DNA of 64,000 nucleotides from an uncultured Sphingopyxis sp. (GCA_966250105.1 CBINGC010000015.1:2496-66495); one strand, 5' to 3'; shown: positions 55,106 through 64,000, numbered from the stretch's first letter. Made by a program: numbers and translations. Notes: generated from the letters alone by a model not told the origin.

Positions 55106-56428
55106 TTACTTCGCCAATCTCTTCTTGAAGATGCCGATGGTGCCCAACCCAGAATCCCGATTGGCGCGAAAATGCCAAATCAGCAGGACCAAGGCGTCGA
55201 CGGCGACGCGAATGCTCCATGCGATGGCCGCACCTTCTACACCGTAATGCCGGATCGCCCAATAGGATAGCCCGAGGTAGAGGGGAGCCTGCAAAAGATG
55301 GGATTTGGCAGTTACGTCCGGACGCCGATAGGCGTGTACCAGTGAAACCATCAGCGTCCCGATCGTATAGGGGACCAGTCCGATGGCGATGATTTGTGCG
55401 ACGAATACCGCGCCTTCGGGCAGCGCTGTCCCGAGCCAAAGCCCCAACAACCAAGGCGCGGCGACATAGAAAGCCGTTGACACGACGACCATCGACGCCG
55501 TGGTCGCAAAAAACCAGCGCCAGAATATGTGCAAAGCTTCCGCCTGGTTACGCACCAGACTGGCGGTAACGGCAGGGAAGAGGACGGTCGTTACCGCGCC
55601 TGGAATGATCAGGAGCTTGGTCGCCACCTCATAGGGAACGGTATAGGCCGACACTGCCGCAACCGTAAGGACGGCGCCGATAATAAAACGGTCGCTTTGC
55701 GCCATCAGAGGATTCAGTACCGAACTCACGGTGTTCCAAAGGCCAAAGCCCAGCAGACTATGCGCCGCAGCGCGTTCAAATACACTCTTTCCGCCTTCCG
55801 CCGCGAGGTCCGGTTCTATCTGGCGTATGGCCAGTATCCGGAAAGCCGCGAGCGCAACCAGTCGCGAAACCAGCAAGGTCGCGATCAACGCCGTCAGATT
55901 GGTCGTGAAAAAGGACACCAGCGCAGGAAGCAGGAAATTTGCGACGCCCAGTGCGACACGGATGATGCTGATCCCGCGATATTGGCCATAAGCCTCATTG
56001 ACGCCGCGATACATGGCACTGACGACCTGCAACGGCATCGTCGCTGCGACGATCCACGCCGACCAGATCACGTCGCTCTCCAACGCCGACGAATAGTTCA
56101 ACGACCGATACAGGCCCGACTGGATCAGCACGGCGACCGCCAGCGTTCCCAGTAGCCCGCTGGTCCAGGCCACGCGCTCCGCCGTGCCGAAAATCACTCC
56201 GACGCGGCCCGCGGCCTCCCCGCTATCGCGCTTGGAAAGCTCATGCGTTGTGGCACGGCCGATGCCAAGATCGAGGATGCTCGAAAAGCCGACGAGTCCC
56301 CACGCCAGCATGAAGATGCCGAACTTTTCGTCGCCAATCGCATGCAACAGGACCGGAATCGCGACGACCGCGAACAACAGCGGCGCGCCCAGGCCGAAGA
56401 TATTCCAGGCGACATTGGCGCGCTTCAT
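55106..56428 (-). CDS. wzx: Wzx-type oligosaccharide flippase (MOP superfamily)
   Basis: 440 aa with about 12 TM segments. The N-terminus MKRANVAWNIFGLGAPLLFAVVAIPVLLHAIGDEKFGIFMLAWGLVGF is typical of polysaccharide biosynthesis flippases. Confidence 0.82.
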   Translation of the reverse strand: MKRANVAWNIFGLGAPLLFAVVAIPVLLHAIGDEKFGIFMLAWGLVGFSSILDLGIGRATTHELSKRDSGEAAGRVGVIFGTAERVAWTSGLLGTLAVAVLIQSGLYRSLNYSSALESDVIWSAWIVAATMPLQVVSAMYRGVNEAYGQYRGISIIRVALGVANFLLPALVSFFTTNLTALIATLLVSRLVALAAFRILAIRQIEPDLAAEGGKSVFERAAAHSLLGFGLWNTVSSVLNPLMAQSDRFIIGAVLTVAAVSAYTVPYEVATKLLIIPGAVTTVLFPAVTASLVRNQAEALHIFWRWFFATTASMVVVSTAFYVAAPWLLGLWLGTALPEGAVFVAQIIAIGLVPYTIGTLMVSLVHAYRRPDVTAKSHLLQAPLYLGLSYWAIRHYGVEGAAIAWSIRVAVDALVLLIWHFRANRDSGLGTIGIFKKRLAK

Positions 56429-56497
56429 CGCGTTTCCATTCGAAATATCATGGCCATGTCGGTTTCTGCCAACGCCCGGTAAGCGACCTGCCACGGC

Positions 56498-57787
56498 TCA
56501 AAGCCTCAGATCGCTTTCGCCGCGGCCGAATACATATTTCAAGTCATAGAGTATATGGTCCGCCTTGCCCAAGCGCCGCACGGCGTCGGCGCCCATCTCG
56601 CGGAACTGATTATGTCCGACCGCCAGGATGATGCCGTCATAATGTCCCTCGGCCGGCTTGGTCAGCGGACGAAGCCCATATTCGCGCTCGGCCTCCTCGG
56701 CATCCACCCACGGGTCGATCACATCGACCGTCACGCCATATTCGGCGAGTTCCTGCACGACATCGACCACCCGCGTGTTGCGCAGGTCGGGGCAATTTTC
56801 CTTGAAGGCGAGGCCGAGGATCAGCACGCGCGCGCCGTCGACCTGGATGCGCTTCTTCAGCATCGCTTTGACCATCTGTTCGGCGACATAAGCGCCCATG
56901 CCGTGATTCAGGCGGCGGCCCGCCAGGATAATCTCCGGGTGATAGCCGGTCGCTTCGGCCGCATGCGTCAGATAATAGGGATCGACCCCGATGCAGTGCC
57001 CACCGACCAGACCCGGTCGAAAAGGCAGGAAATTCCATTTCGTTCCCGCCGCCTCCAGAACCGCTTCGGTATCGATACCCATGCGGCCGAAGATGATGGC
57101 AAGCTCGTTGATCAGCGCGATGTTGAGGTCGCGCTGCGTATTCTCGATCACCTTCGCGGCTTCGGCGACGCGGATGCTTTCGGCAAGGAAGGTGCCCGCC
57201 GTCACGATCTGCCGATATAGCGCGTCGACCCGCTCACCCGCGTCCGGCGTCGAGCCCGAGGTGACCTTCAAGATATTCGGCAGACGGTGCTGCTTGTCGC
57301 CGGGATTGATGCGCTCCGGCGAGTAGCCTACGGTGAAATCCTCGTTGAATGTCAGGCCCGACAGCTTCTCGATCACCGGCACGCAATCCTGTTCGGTGCA
57401 GCCGGGATAGACGGTCGATTCGAAAATCACCGTATCGCCCTTTTTAAGCACCCGCCCGACCGTGTCCGACGCGGCAAGGATCGGGCCGAGATCGGGGCGC
57501 TTGTGGGCATCGATCGGCGTCGGTACGGTTACGATAAAGACATTGCAGCGGCGCAAGTCTTCGCGATCCGTGCTGAATTTAAGCTGCGTCGCGCGTGCCA
57601 ACTCTTCGGGCTCGGTTTCCAGCGTGTGGTCGTGCCCCGCGCGCAGCGACGCGATGCGCGCCGCGTCGATATCGAAACCGAGCGTCGGGAATTTCGCGCC
57701 GAACTCGACCGCGAGCGGCAGTCCGACGTAACCGAGACCGATGATGGCAATCCTAGCGTCGCCGAGCCATTGGGAGAGGACGGTCAT
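56498..57787 (-). CDS. Nucleotide-sugar 6-dehydrogenase (TviB/WbpO/Cap5O-like, UDP-HexNAc dehydrogenase class)
   Basis: [18 protein letters not shown]...VTVPTPID...[11 protein letters not shown]...[13 protein letters not shown]. Confidence 0.88.
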   Translation of the reverse strand: MTVLSQWLGDARIAIIGLGYVGLPLAVEFGAKFPTLGFDIDAARIASLRAGHDHTLETEPEELARATQLKFSTDREDLRRCNVFIVTVPTPIDAHKRPDLGPILAASDTVGRVLKKGDTVIFESTVYPGCTEQDCVPVIEKLSGLTFNEDFTVGYSPERINPGDKQHRLPNILKVTSGSTPDAGERVDALYRQIVTAGTFLAESIRVAEAAKVIENTQRDLNIALINELAIIFGRMGIDTEAVLEAAGTKWNFLPFRPGLVGGHCIGVDPYYLTHAAEATGYHPEIILAGRRLNHGMGAYVAEQMVKAMLKKRIQVDGARVLILGLAFKENCPDLRNTRVVDVVQELAEYGVTVDVIDPWVDAEEAEREYGLRPLTKPAEGHYDGIILAVGHNQFREMGADAVRRLGKADHILYDLKYVFGRGESDLRL

Positions 57788-57793
57788 AATATC

Positions 57794-58855
57794 CTACTTC
57801 GCGTAATAGTCACGAAACCAACGGACGAAATCGGCGATTCCATCCTGAAACGGCGTCTGCGGCCGATAGCCGGTCAGCCGCTGCAGCAGCGAGGCGTCGG
57901 CCCAGGTCGCCGGCACGTCGCCCATCTGCATCGGCATATAATTGCGGACCGCATCGATCCCGAGTTCCTTTTCGATCGCATCGACGAAATCGAGCAGGCG
58001 GACCTTGTCCGAATTGCCGATATTGACGACGCGGTAAGGCGCGACGGGCGACAGGCTGTCGCCTTCCTCGATCGCTTCGGCGTTAGCGGGCCGCACCGGC
58101 GCCGCGTCGATCAGCAGCCGGATCGCACGGACCAGATCGCCGACATAGGTGAAGTCGCGATACATCTCGCCATGATTATAGATGTCGATCGGGCGCCCAT
58201 CGAGGATCGCGTCGACGAACTTGAACAGCGCCAGGTCGGGGCGCCCCCATGGGCCGTAAACGGTGAAGAAGCGGAACATCGTGGTCGGCAGATTCCACAG
58301 ATGGGCATAGCTGTGCGCCATGCTCTCGTTCGCCTTCTTCGTCGCCGCATAGATGGTCAGCTGCGTGTCCGCCTTTTCGGTCTCGGTGAAGGGCATCTCC
58401 TCGTTCGCGCCATAGACCGAGGACGTCGATGCCATCAGCAGATGCTGCACCTCGAGCTTGCGCGCCGCTTCCATGACATTCAGCGTGCCGATGACATTGC
58501 TGTCGATATAGGCGCGCGGATTTTCGAGACTGTAGCGGACGCCCGCCTGCGCCGCGAGGTGGACGATGATGTCGGGGCGAAAGGCTTCGGCGACCTCCCA
58601 CAGGCGTTTTTCGTCTTCCAGCAATGCCTCGGTAGCGGCGAATCCCGCATGTTGAAGCAGCATCTGGTGACGGCGCCGCTTGAGCTTTACGTCGTAATAA
58701 TCGGACATGCCGTCATATCCGTGGACGACAAATCCCTCTGCCAGCAGCAGCTTCGCCAGGTGAAAACCTATGAAGCCCGCTGTGCCGGTGATCAGGACGC
58801 GGCGCGGCGGCGACGCCGGGGCGCTGGATTGTCCGTCAGGAAAAGCGGATGCCAT
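57794..58855 (-). CDS. NAD-dependent nucleotide-sugar (UDP-glucuronate-type) 4-epimerase
   Basis: VLITGTAGFIGFHL...DYYDVKLK...STSSVYG...YAATKKANE...FFTVYGPWGRPD. Confidence 0.88.
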   Translation of the reverse strand: MASAFPDGQSSAPASPPRRVLITGTAGFIGFHLAKLLLAEGFVVHGYDGMSDYYDVKLKRRRHQMLLQHAGFAATEALLEDEKRLWEVAEAFRPDIIVHLAAQAGVRYSLENPRAYIDSNVIGTLNVMEAARKLEVQHLLMASTSSVYGANEEMPFTETEKADTQLTIYAATKKANESMAHSYAHLWNLPTTMFRFFTVYGPWGRPDLALFKFVDAILDGRPIDIYNHGEMYRDFTYVGDLVRAIRLLIDAAPVRPANAEAIEEGDSLSPVAPYRVVNIGNSDKVRLLDFVDAIEKELGIDAVRNYMPMQMGDVPATWADASLLQRLTGYRPQTPFQDGIADFVRWFRDYYAK

Positions 58856-58932
58856 AGACTGTCCTTGCTGGGTGGTTACACATCATCATAATCGAAATCG
58901 CGCGTGCCGCGGCGCCCCGCGCGCCAGCGAGC

Positions 58933-60180
58933 TTACTCGCCCTCTTCGGCAGCCTGGTCGCTGGCGCGCACGCCACGCACGAGCGAAATATTTCGCAGCG
59001 CCGCGTCAAAACCCATCGCGGCGTCATCGGTGGCGACATTGATCGCGAGCCAACGCCAGCGACAATCGCCGTCTGGTACGCGCAGACGCATGCTGGCCTT
59101 CCCCGTCTTCATGGGCAGACGAACGAAGTCGCCGCCCTCGGCCGCGGGTGATTCGGCGCAACGGAGGGTCGCAAAAATCGGCGGGGCGCTCGCGGCGTCG
59201 GAGGTAAGCGTCCATCCCAATCGGTAAACCCCTGGTTCCACCCATATCAATTGCCGCGCCGCGTAGGTCTGGGCACCGCCGATCGCCGACATGGCCAAGG
59301 CCTTGCCGCCGGTATCGATGGATGCAGCGAGCGCGCCGGTGGCCGCAAGCGACCAATCGAACGGAGGGAGACGGGGAGAATGGCCGAAGTCGCCGTTGAA
59401 GACCAGATTGCCGTCATTCCGCAGCGACGGGATCGGTTGACCCAGAGCCTGCGCGAGTTGCTGCGCCTCGCCCATTTGCTGCCGGCTCACCAGGGCGCCG
59501 ATCAGCGCGCGCTCGGAATCTTCGATCTCATGCTGGTTCCAGGGCTCGCGCGCCAGCGCGCCACGTAGAGCAGCAGCGTTGGCCAGGCTGTTCGGACGGC
59601 CGATCACATGCTGCCAATATTGATCGGTCCATGACGGGCGCGGACCGATCAAGGGCAATAGCGCGTTCACGGCGCCATCCTGCGCTGTAACCTCCGCCAT
59701 CGCCCGGACATAATCGCCGCGCGCGGCCGCGTCGGTTTCGATGGTGTGCGCCATCCAGCGAAACGCCGTATTCCGATCACCGGTGGTCGCCGCGAGTTGG
59801 ATCAGCTGGGCCGCAACTAATCCGTCACGCCGGTTCAGTTTGCCTACGGCATGCAGCAAGGCCAGCCGCTTCGCGTCGGGTTTATCGGCCCAAGCCGCCG
59901 CAATCAGGCCAAGCGACCCCGTTTCCAGCGGTTCGGCAGCATAAGACCGGCGTGCCATATTTTCCCAGCCGGCTTTTACCTTCGCATTCCGGTCGGCGCC
60001 CAGCGCCCGCCGGTAGAGATCAAAGGCCATCCGCCCTTGCGCGACGCCGGTGGGCTCCACCCCGATCGCGAGCGCCCGGGCGGGCACGCGGACCTGGTTT
60101 ACCACCACGAAGCTCGACAAGCCTACAAACCCCGCGAGCGCGAGCGCGGCCGTCCATCCTATGGCTCGACCCCATTTCAC
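58933..60180 (-). CDS. Hypothetical membrane-anchored protein of unknown function within the polysaccharide locus
   Basis: GTG start at 60180, preceded by GGAAGGGA. It has an N-terminal TM anchor (AIGWTAALALAGFVGLSSFVVV), a helical Ala/Leu-rich middle and a C-terminal region beginning NGDFGH...FDWSL that resembles a jelly-roll/CBM-type domain. I recognise no family. Confidence 0.6.
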   Translation of the reverse strand: MKWGRAIGWTAALALAGFVGLSSFVVVNQVRVPARALAIGVEPTGVAQGRMAFDLYRRALGADRNAKVKAGWENMARRSYAAEPLETGSLGLIAAAWADKPDAKRLALLHAVGKLNRRDGLVAAQLIQLAATTGDRNTAFRWMAHTIETDAAARGDYVRAMAEVTAQDGAVNALLPLIGPRPSWTDQYWQHVIGRPNSLANAAALRGALAREPWNQHEIEDSERALIGALVSRQQMGEAQQLAQALGQPIPSLRNDGNLVFNGDFGHSPRLPPFDWSLAATGALAASIDTGGKALAMSAIGGAQTYAARQLIWVEPGVYRLGWTLTSDAASAPPIFATLRCAESPAAEGGDFVRLPMKTGKASMRLRVPDGDCRWRWLAINVATDDAAMGFDAALRNISLVRGVRASDQAAEEGE

Positions 60181-60216
60181 GATGTCATCCCTTCCGAAAG
60201 CGAAGGAACGCGCGTG

Positions 60217-62418
60217 TCATTCGGCATCGCGGTTAGCGCCATAGCCATATCCGTAACCATAGCCGTAGCCATAACCGTAAATCTGGTTCTTGCGTCCAAC
60301 CTTTGTCACCACAACGCCAAAGATGCGGGCGCCGGCCATGCGCAGCCGCGACAGGGCCGTAGCGATGGCGCGGGTGCGCGTCGAGTTAGCTTCGACGACG
60401 AACAATACGCCCTCGACCCGCCGGGAGATCAGCGGCGCATCGGCAAGCCCCAGCACCGGCGGCGCGTCGACGATCACATGGTCATATTGCTGACTCAGCG
60501 TATCGAGCAGGGTCGAGAGGCGATCGAGTCCCAGGATTTCCGCCGCGTTCGGCGGCGTCTTGCCCGCCGTGATCACCGAAAAGCCCCGTGTCGAGAAGGG
60601 CATGATCATTGAAGCGAGATCGTCGTCGCCGGTCAGATAATGGCTGAGCCCTTTCTGGTTCGGAATTTCCAGATAGCGATTGAGCGACGGATTTCGCACG
60701 TCGGCATCGACGAGGATTACCGATTTGTTCGACGACGCCAGCACCGTGGCGATACTGATGGCCGAATTGCTCTTGCCTTCCGCCGGCCGCGACGAAGTCA
60801 TCATTATGACCTTTGGCGCGCCATGATCGGTGAGGAACGACAGGTTTGTCATCAGCGACAGATAGGCTTCGTAGGCCTCCGATTTCTTGTCGGACATCGC
60901 CGTGAATACGTCCCCGTCGACCACCTCGGGGATCGAGCCCAGCAAGGGCACGCCGAAGCGCGTCGGGATCGACTGCGGATCGCGGACCGAGTTGTCCATC
61001 TGTTCGAGCAGGAACACCAGACCGGCGCCTACGATCGTTCCGAGCAACAAGGCGATCGCCAGGTTCAGAACGAGGTTGGGGCTGGAGGGACTCGTTTCGA
61101 CGTTAGGGGCATCGACGATCGAGATATTGTTCGCCCCGACCCCAGCCGCGCCGATTTCCTTGAAGCGTTGCAGCAGTCCTTCGTAAAGCTGCCGGTTTGA
61201 ATCGACCTCGCGTTGCAGAATCGCCAGTTCGATCGACTGGCGCTGCTGGCTGTTGTAGCGAGCTGTCAGTTCGTCCAGTTGAGCCTGCAGATCGCGCTCG
61301 AGTTTCACCGCCGCTTCATAGGTCTCGCGATTGCCACGCGATGATCGCGCTTCCTCGGCCTTGATGCTCCGGTCAAGGGTCTCCAGCTGCGCGCGAAGCG
61401 ACACGATACCGGGATAGCCATCCTCAAAAGTAGTGCTGAGCCGCGCGAGTTCGGCAGCCGCCTCGGCGCGGCGCTGACGGAGATTGTTGATGGCAAGGCT
61501 GTTCACCTGCGCGGCACCGGTCAACGTGCTTGCCAGGTTGCTTTCGGCCGCGGCGCGGTTTTCGCGAGCCCGTGCCAAGGCGGAGGTGGTCGCCGCGAGT
61601 TCCGCACCAACCAGCGTCTGCGACGTCCGCGTCCTGCCTTCCGCATTGGTTTCGGTCGCAAGGGTGACGATCTTCTTGTTAGTCGAATAATTTACCAGGG
61701 CTCGCTCGGATTGTTCCAGGCTTTGGCGCAGCAGCGTCAACCGGTCCTCCAGAAAGCGCCGCGCGTCGGATGTCGCGGCGAACCGGCGATCGATAGTCGC
61801 GGCGATGAACTGCTTTGCCCAGAGGTCGGCAAGCTTGGCCGAGAGACGCGGATTGGGAGTCGCAATGGTGACATCGACGAGGCTCGAGGCTCGAACGGGT
61901 TCCACCTCGACAAGCTCGAGCAGCAAGGCCGCCATCTCTTCGGCCTGTTGGCGGCGGTCCGTGCTGGCCAGCACCCCGCCGTCCCCGTCGAATTCGAATG
62001 CCGCGCGAAAATCTTTGTCGGCGAGCAGATTGCCGGCGCGAACGACGCGATCCGCCAGCGACCGGGATCTCAGCAGCGAATATTGGGTGTTATAAAATTC
62101 CAGATTGTTGATCGCCGGTCGGTTCTGATCCTCCGCGACCGAAGTTTCGACCGGAGCATAGGGGAGAATCTCGACGCGGGCAGTCGATGAATATTGCGGT
62201 GTGGCAAGAAAGGTCAGCAACAGACCCAGCGTCAGGGCGCCGGCAATGCTGCCGACCAGCCACCATCGATGGTTGAGGACGGCCGCGAATACGCGCTCGA
62301 CCATGTCAAGTCGCGATCCCCGCTCAGCCTCCTCGCCGTCCCCATATCCATAGGGGATCAACGAGGGGTCCAGCGGGCTTTCGGCCATCTGAGTGCCGAC
62401 AGACGATTTCATCTGCAT
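60217..62418 (-). CDS. wzc: Polysaccharide co-polymerase / BY tyrosine autokinase (Wzc/ExoP/GumC-like)
   Basis: Wzz-type N-terminal domain with two TM segments and a long coiled-coil periplasmic region. The cytoplasmic P-loop kinase carries Walker A SRPAEGKS and a VIVDAPP Walker-B-like motif. The C-terminal tail carries seven consecutive Tyr-Gly repeats. Confidence 0.9.
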   Translation of the reverse strand: MQMKSSVGTQMAESPLDPSLIPYGYGDGEEAERGSRLDMVERVFAAVLNHRWWLVGSIAGALTLGLLLTFLATPQYSSTARVEILPYAPVETSVAEDQNRPAINNLEFYNTQYSLLRSRSLADRVVRAGNLLADKDFRAAFEFDGDGGVLASTDRRQQAEEMAALLLELVEVEPVRASSLVDVTIATPNPRLSAKLADLWAKQFIAATIDRRFAATSDARRFLEDRLTLLRQSLEQSERALVNYSTNKKIVTLATETNAEGRTRTSQTLVGAELAATTSALARARENRAAAESNLASTLTGAAQVNSLAINNLRQRRAEAAAELARLSTTFEDGYPGIVSLRAQLETLDRSIKAEEARSSRGNRETYEAAVKLERDLQAQLDELTARYNSQQRQSIELAILQREVDSNRQLYEGLLQRFKEIGAAGVGANNISIVDAPNVETSPSSPNLVLNLAIALLLGTIVGAGLVFLLEQMDNSVRDPQSIPTRFGVPLLGSIPEVVDGDVFTAMSDKKSEAYEAYLSLMTNLSFLTDHGAPKVIMMTSSRPAEGKSNSAISIATVLASSNKSVILVDADVRNPSLNRYLEIPNQKGLSHYLTGDDDLASMIMPFSTRGFSVITAGKTPPNAAEILGLDRLSTLLDTLSQQYDHVIVDAPPVLGLADAPLISRRVEGVLFVVEANSTRTRAIATALSRLRMAGARIFGVVVTKVGRKNQIYGYGYGYGYGYGYGANRDAE
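60238..60279 (-). repeat. Imperfect hexanucleotide repeat encoding (Tyr-Gly)x7 at the Wzc C-terminus
   Basis: Decoded codon by codon from the minus strand: TAC GGT TAT GGC TAC GGC TAT GGT TAC GGA TAT GGC TAT GGC. Confidence 0.9.
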
Positions 62419-62427
62419 TGGTCCAAT

Positions 62428-63171
62428 CTAGCGATTATTTTGAGTAAGAACGATCAAGGGCGTCGTGAGCAGCGGCGCTGACTGCAGGATATCCTTGAAC
62501 AGGCGCCGCTGAGGCGAATCGCCGACCACGACGAGGTCGTTCGCGAAAATTTCGGGATCCGGATAATTGCCGCGCCGGATCGCTTCCAAATTGTAGAGGC
62601 CGGCATATTGCTGCTCACCCACTTTGCGGAACACGATGACGTCGTTGAGCTTTGCAAATTCGGTCACGCCGCCAGCCAGCGCGACGGCGCGCATCAGGGT
62701 CACGCGACCGACCACAGGATAGGAACCGGGCTTGGTCACCTGTCCGTCCACGGTGACGGACAGCGACTGCAGGGCCAGCGAATTATTGTTGGGCGACTTG
62801 AAATTCACGGTGACATGGGGGTTTCGAACATATTCCGCGGCAAGCTTCTGCGTCACCTCGGCTTCGATCGAAGAGGGCGTCTTGCCAGCAGCGGCAATTG
62901 TGCCGATCAGAGGAAAGGAAAAATTACCCTCGCCATCGGTCAAGATATCGCGCTGCATTTCGGGAACGCCATACACTTCTACCCGCAACTCGGTGAACGG
63001 ACCGACGAAGGCAAGCCGCGACGACCGTACGATGTCCTCGGCGCCGGGCTCCGGCAATTCGGCAAGGGCGACCGTCCGGCCAGCCGGGTTGGTGGCAACC
63101 GGTGCGGGCTTGCCCATGCAGCCGCAGAGAATGAGCAGCAGGAACGAAAGAAGAGTGCGCTTGACCATCAT
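62428..63171 (-). CDS. wza: Polysaccharide export outer-membrane lipoprotein (Wza-like; Poly_export + SLBB domains)
   Basis: MMVKRTLLSFLLLILCGC carries a lipobox. The sequence continues ...PFPLIGTIAAAGKTPSSIE...VDGQVTKPGSYPV. ATG at 63171; the track start at 63177 is a TTG. Confidence 0.88.
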   Translation of the reverse strand: MMVKRTLLSFLLLILCGCMGKPAPVATNPAGRTVALAELPEPGAEDIVRSSRLAFVGPFTELRVEVYGVPEMQRDILTDGEGNFSFPLIGTIAAAGKTPSSIEAEVTQKLAAEYVRNPHVTVNFKSPNNNSLALQSLSVTVDGQVTKPGSYPVVGRVTLMRAVALAGGVTEFAKLNDVIVFRKVGEQQYAGLYNLEAIRRGNYPDPEIFANDLVVVGDSPQRRLFKDILQSAPLLTTPLIVLTQNNR

Positions 63172-63239
63172 GTGCAAAATTGTTTCCCGGCGGTGAAGAG
63201 GCGAGATACGCTATAGATTCTAGAACGGGCGTCGCAAGG

Positions 63240-64000
63240 TCAATCCCTCGCGCTACCCAGGGATTTGGGGCAAGCCAGCATGACCGTAAACAGGATGGCA
63301 AAGACCTGAAGCGATGGTACGCGAAGCGGGTAGTCGACCAAGCTGGCCACCGCGAGCATTCCGAGTATCGTCAGGCTCAGCAGTCTGAAATCACCGCGAT
63401 ATCCGCCCATAAGCCGATCGAGCCCCCGTATGCGGACCCGATAGCCGAGCCAGAGGATCGTCGCGACCAGAATGACCAAAAAGGGCACCCCTCCGGTCAT
63501 CAGGATTTCCGCCCAATCATTATGAGCGTGATTGAAATAACTCGGCGTCAAGAGACGGTCGGGCTCATATATTTTGTAGACTGGCGCAAAGCTGCCCACG
63601 CCGCTGCCCAGAATCCAATAATGTCCGATCATGGCGGTAATGATCGGCCATGCGATCACGCGCATATCGTCACCCACGCTCTTGGCGGCCAGGCGGTCGA
63701 GCGCGGTCACTCGCCCTGAAAACATATCGATTGCGAAAACAATTCCGATCAGCAGGATCGGAACCAGATAGGCCAGCCTGTTCCAGCGCCAGATTGGACC
63801 GGCCGCAGGCTTGGGCGACGTCGATGCCCGCCACGCCCGCACAGCGATCATGCCGCCAAACAACAATGATGCGAGCGACATCGCCAATCCGGCGCGCGAT
63901 CCAGTGAGGAGGCTCGTCACACCGAAAAGAACCCCCGCAACTGATAGAAGCACGATAATTTGCGGATTACGGCGACGCATCCCGAACTGGTCGCGCAGCA
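63240..64000 (-). CDS. O-antigen-ligase/Wzy_C-domain membrane protein, probably 5'-truncated by the window edge
   Basis: The FNHAHNDWAEILMTGGVPFLVILVATILW motif is typical of Wzy_C/O-antigen ligase family proteins. The reading frame stays open upstream of the ATG at 63980 up to position 64000. Confidence 0.72.
   Translation of the reverse strand, partial: LRDQFGMRRRNPQIIVLLSVAGVLFGVTSLLTGSRAGLAMSLASLLFGGMIAVRAWRASTSPKPAAGPIWRWNRLAYLVPILLIGIVFAIDMFSGRVTALDRLAAKSVGDDMRVIAWPIITAMIGHYWILGSGVGSFAPVYKIYEPDRLLTPSYFNHAHNDWAEILMTGGVPFLVILVATILWLGYRVRIRGLDRLMGGYRGDFRLLSLTILGMLAVASLVDYPLRVPSLQVFAILFTVMLACPKSLGSARD

Noticed and set aside
1-64000. A search for CRISPR arrays, rRNA, IS elements or transposases, integrases, prophage genes, toxin-antitoxin pairs and known defence systems.
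   Set aside because: I recognised none. The only repeats are the short palindromic elements and the YG-coding hexanucleotide repeat reported above. Small-ORF pairs in the track are all explained as shadow frames of larger genes.

Overview
This is a 64-kb, high-GC (about two-thirds G+C by eye), densely coding chromosomal segment. Gene content and the palindromic CTGAGCTTGTCGAAG-type repeat elements suggest an alphaproteobacterium, probably a sphingomonad (inference only). I saw no rRNA, CRISPR array, transposase, integrase or prophage genes. In order, the window contains: (1) cysDN. (2) A leucine/isovalerate catabolic cluster (LysR regulator, ivd, mccB, mccA). It ends in a MaoC-type hydratase plus a CitE-like lyase instead of the canonical LiuC/LiuE, and it carries a strikingly AT-rich orphan membrane-protein gene wedged between mccB and mccA. 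(3) A MerR(LiuR-like) / acyl-CoA dehydrogenase / phospholipase-D operon with a perfect palindromic operator. (4) hisI and purF, then housekeeping genes (SDR, serine hydrolase, cfa, korAB, esterase, rppH, udg, folK, tRNA-Lys). (5) A six-gene bufferin-type RiPP operon (DUF2282 precursor, DUF692 MNIO enzyme, DUF2063 partner, DoxX) fused in-line to an ECF sigma-F/NrsF pair and preceded by a sigma-F-type promoter. This is the most interesting system in the window. (6) galE, then a UPF0016 Mn exporter behind a yybP-ykoY-like riboswitch. (7) tamAB plus a translationally coupled small lipoprotein. (8) From about 41.9 kb to the window end, a ~22-kb Wzx/Wzy-dependent polysaccharide locus: ugd, selO, priming transferase, rmlACDB, three glycosyltransferases, a methyltransferase, wzy, wzx, sugar dehydrogenase and epimerase, an unknown protein, wzc, wza and a ligase-like protein. 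Two families of short palindromic (MITE/REP-like) repeats are present, and one copy sits in-frame inside a lipoprotein signal-peptide coding region. Many long ORFs in the track are antisense shadows typical of high-GC DNA and were rejected. Note that the ORF track renders GTG/TTG starts as M. I re-derived start codons from the DNA where stated.
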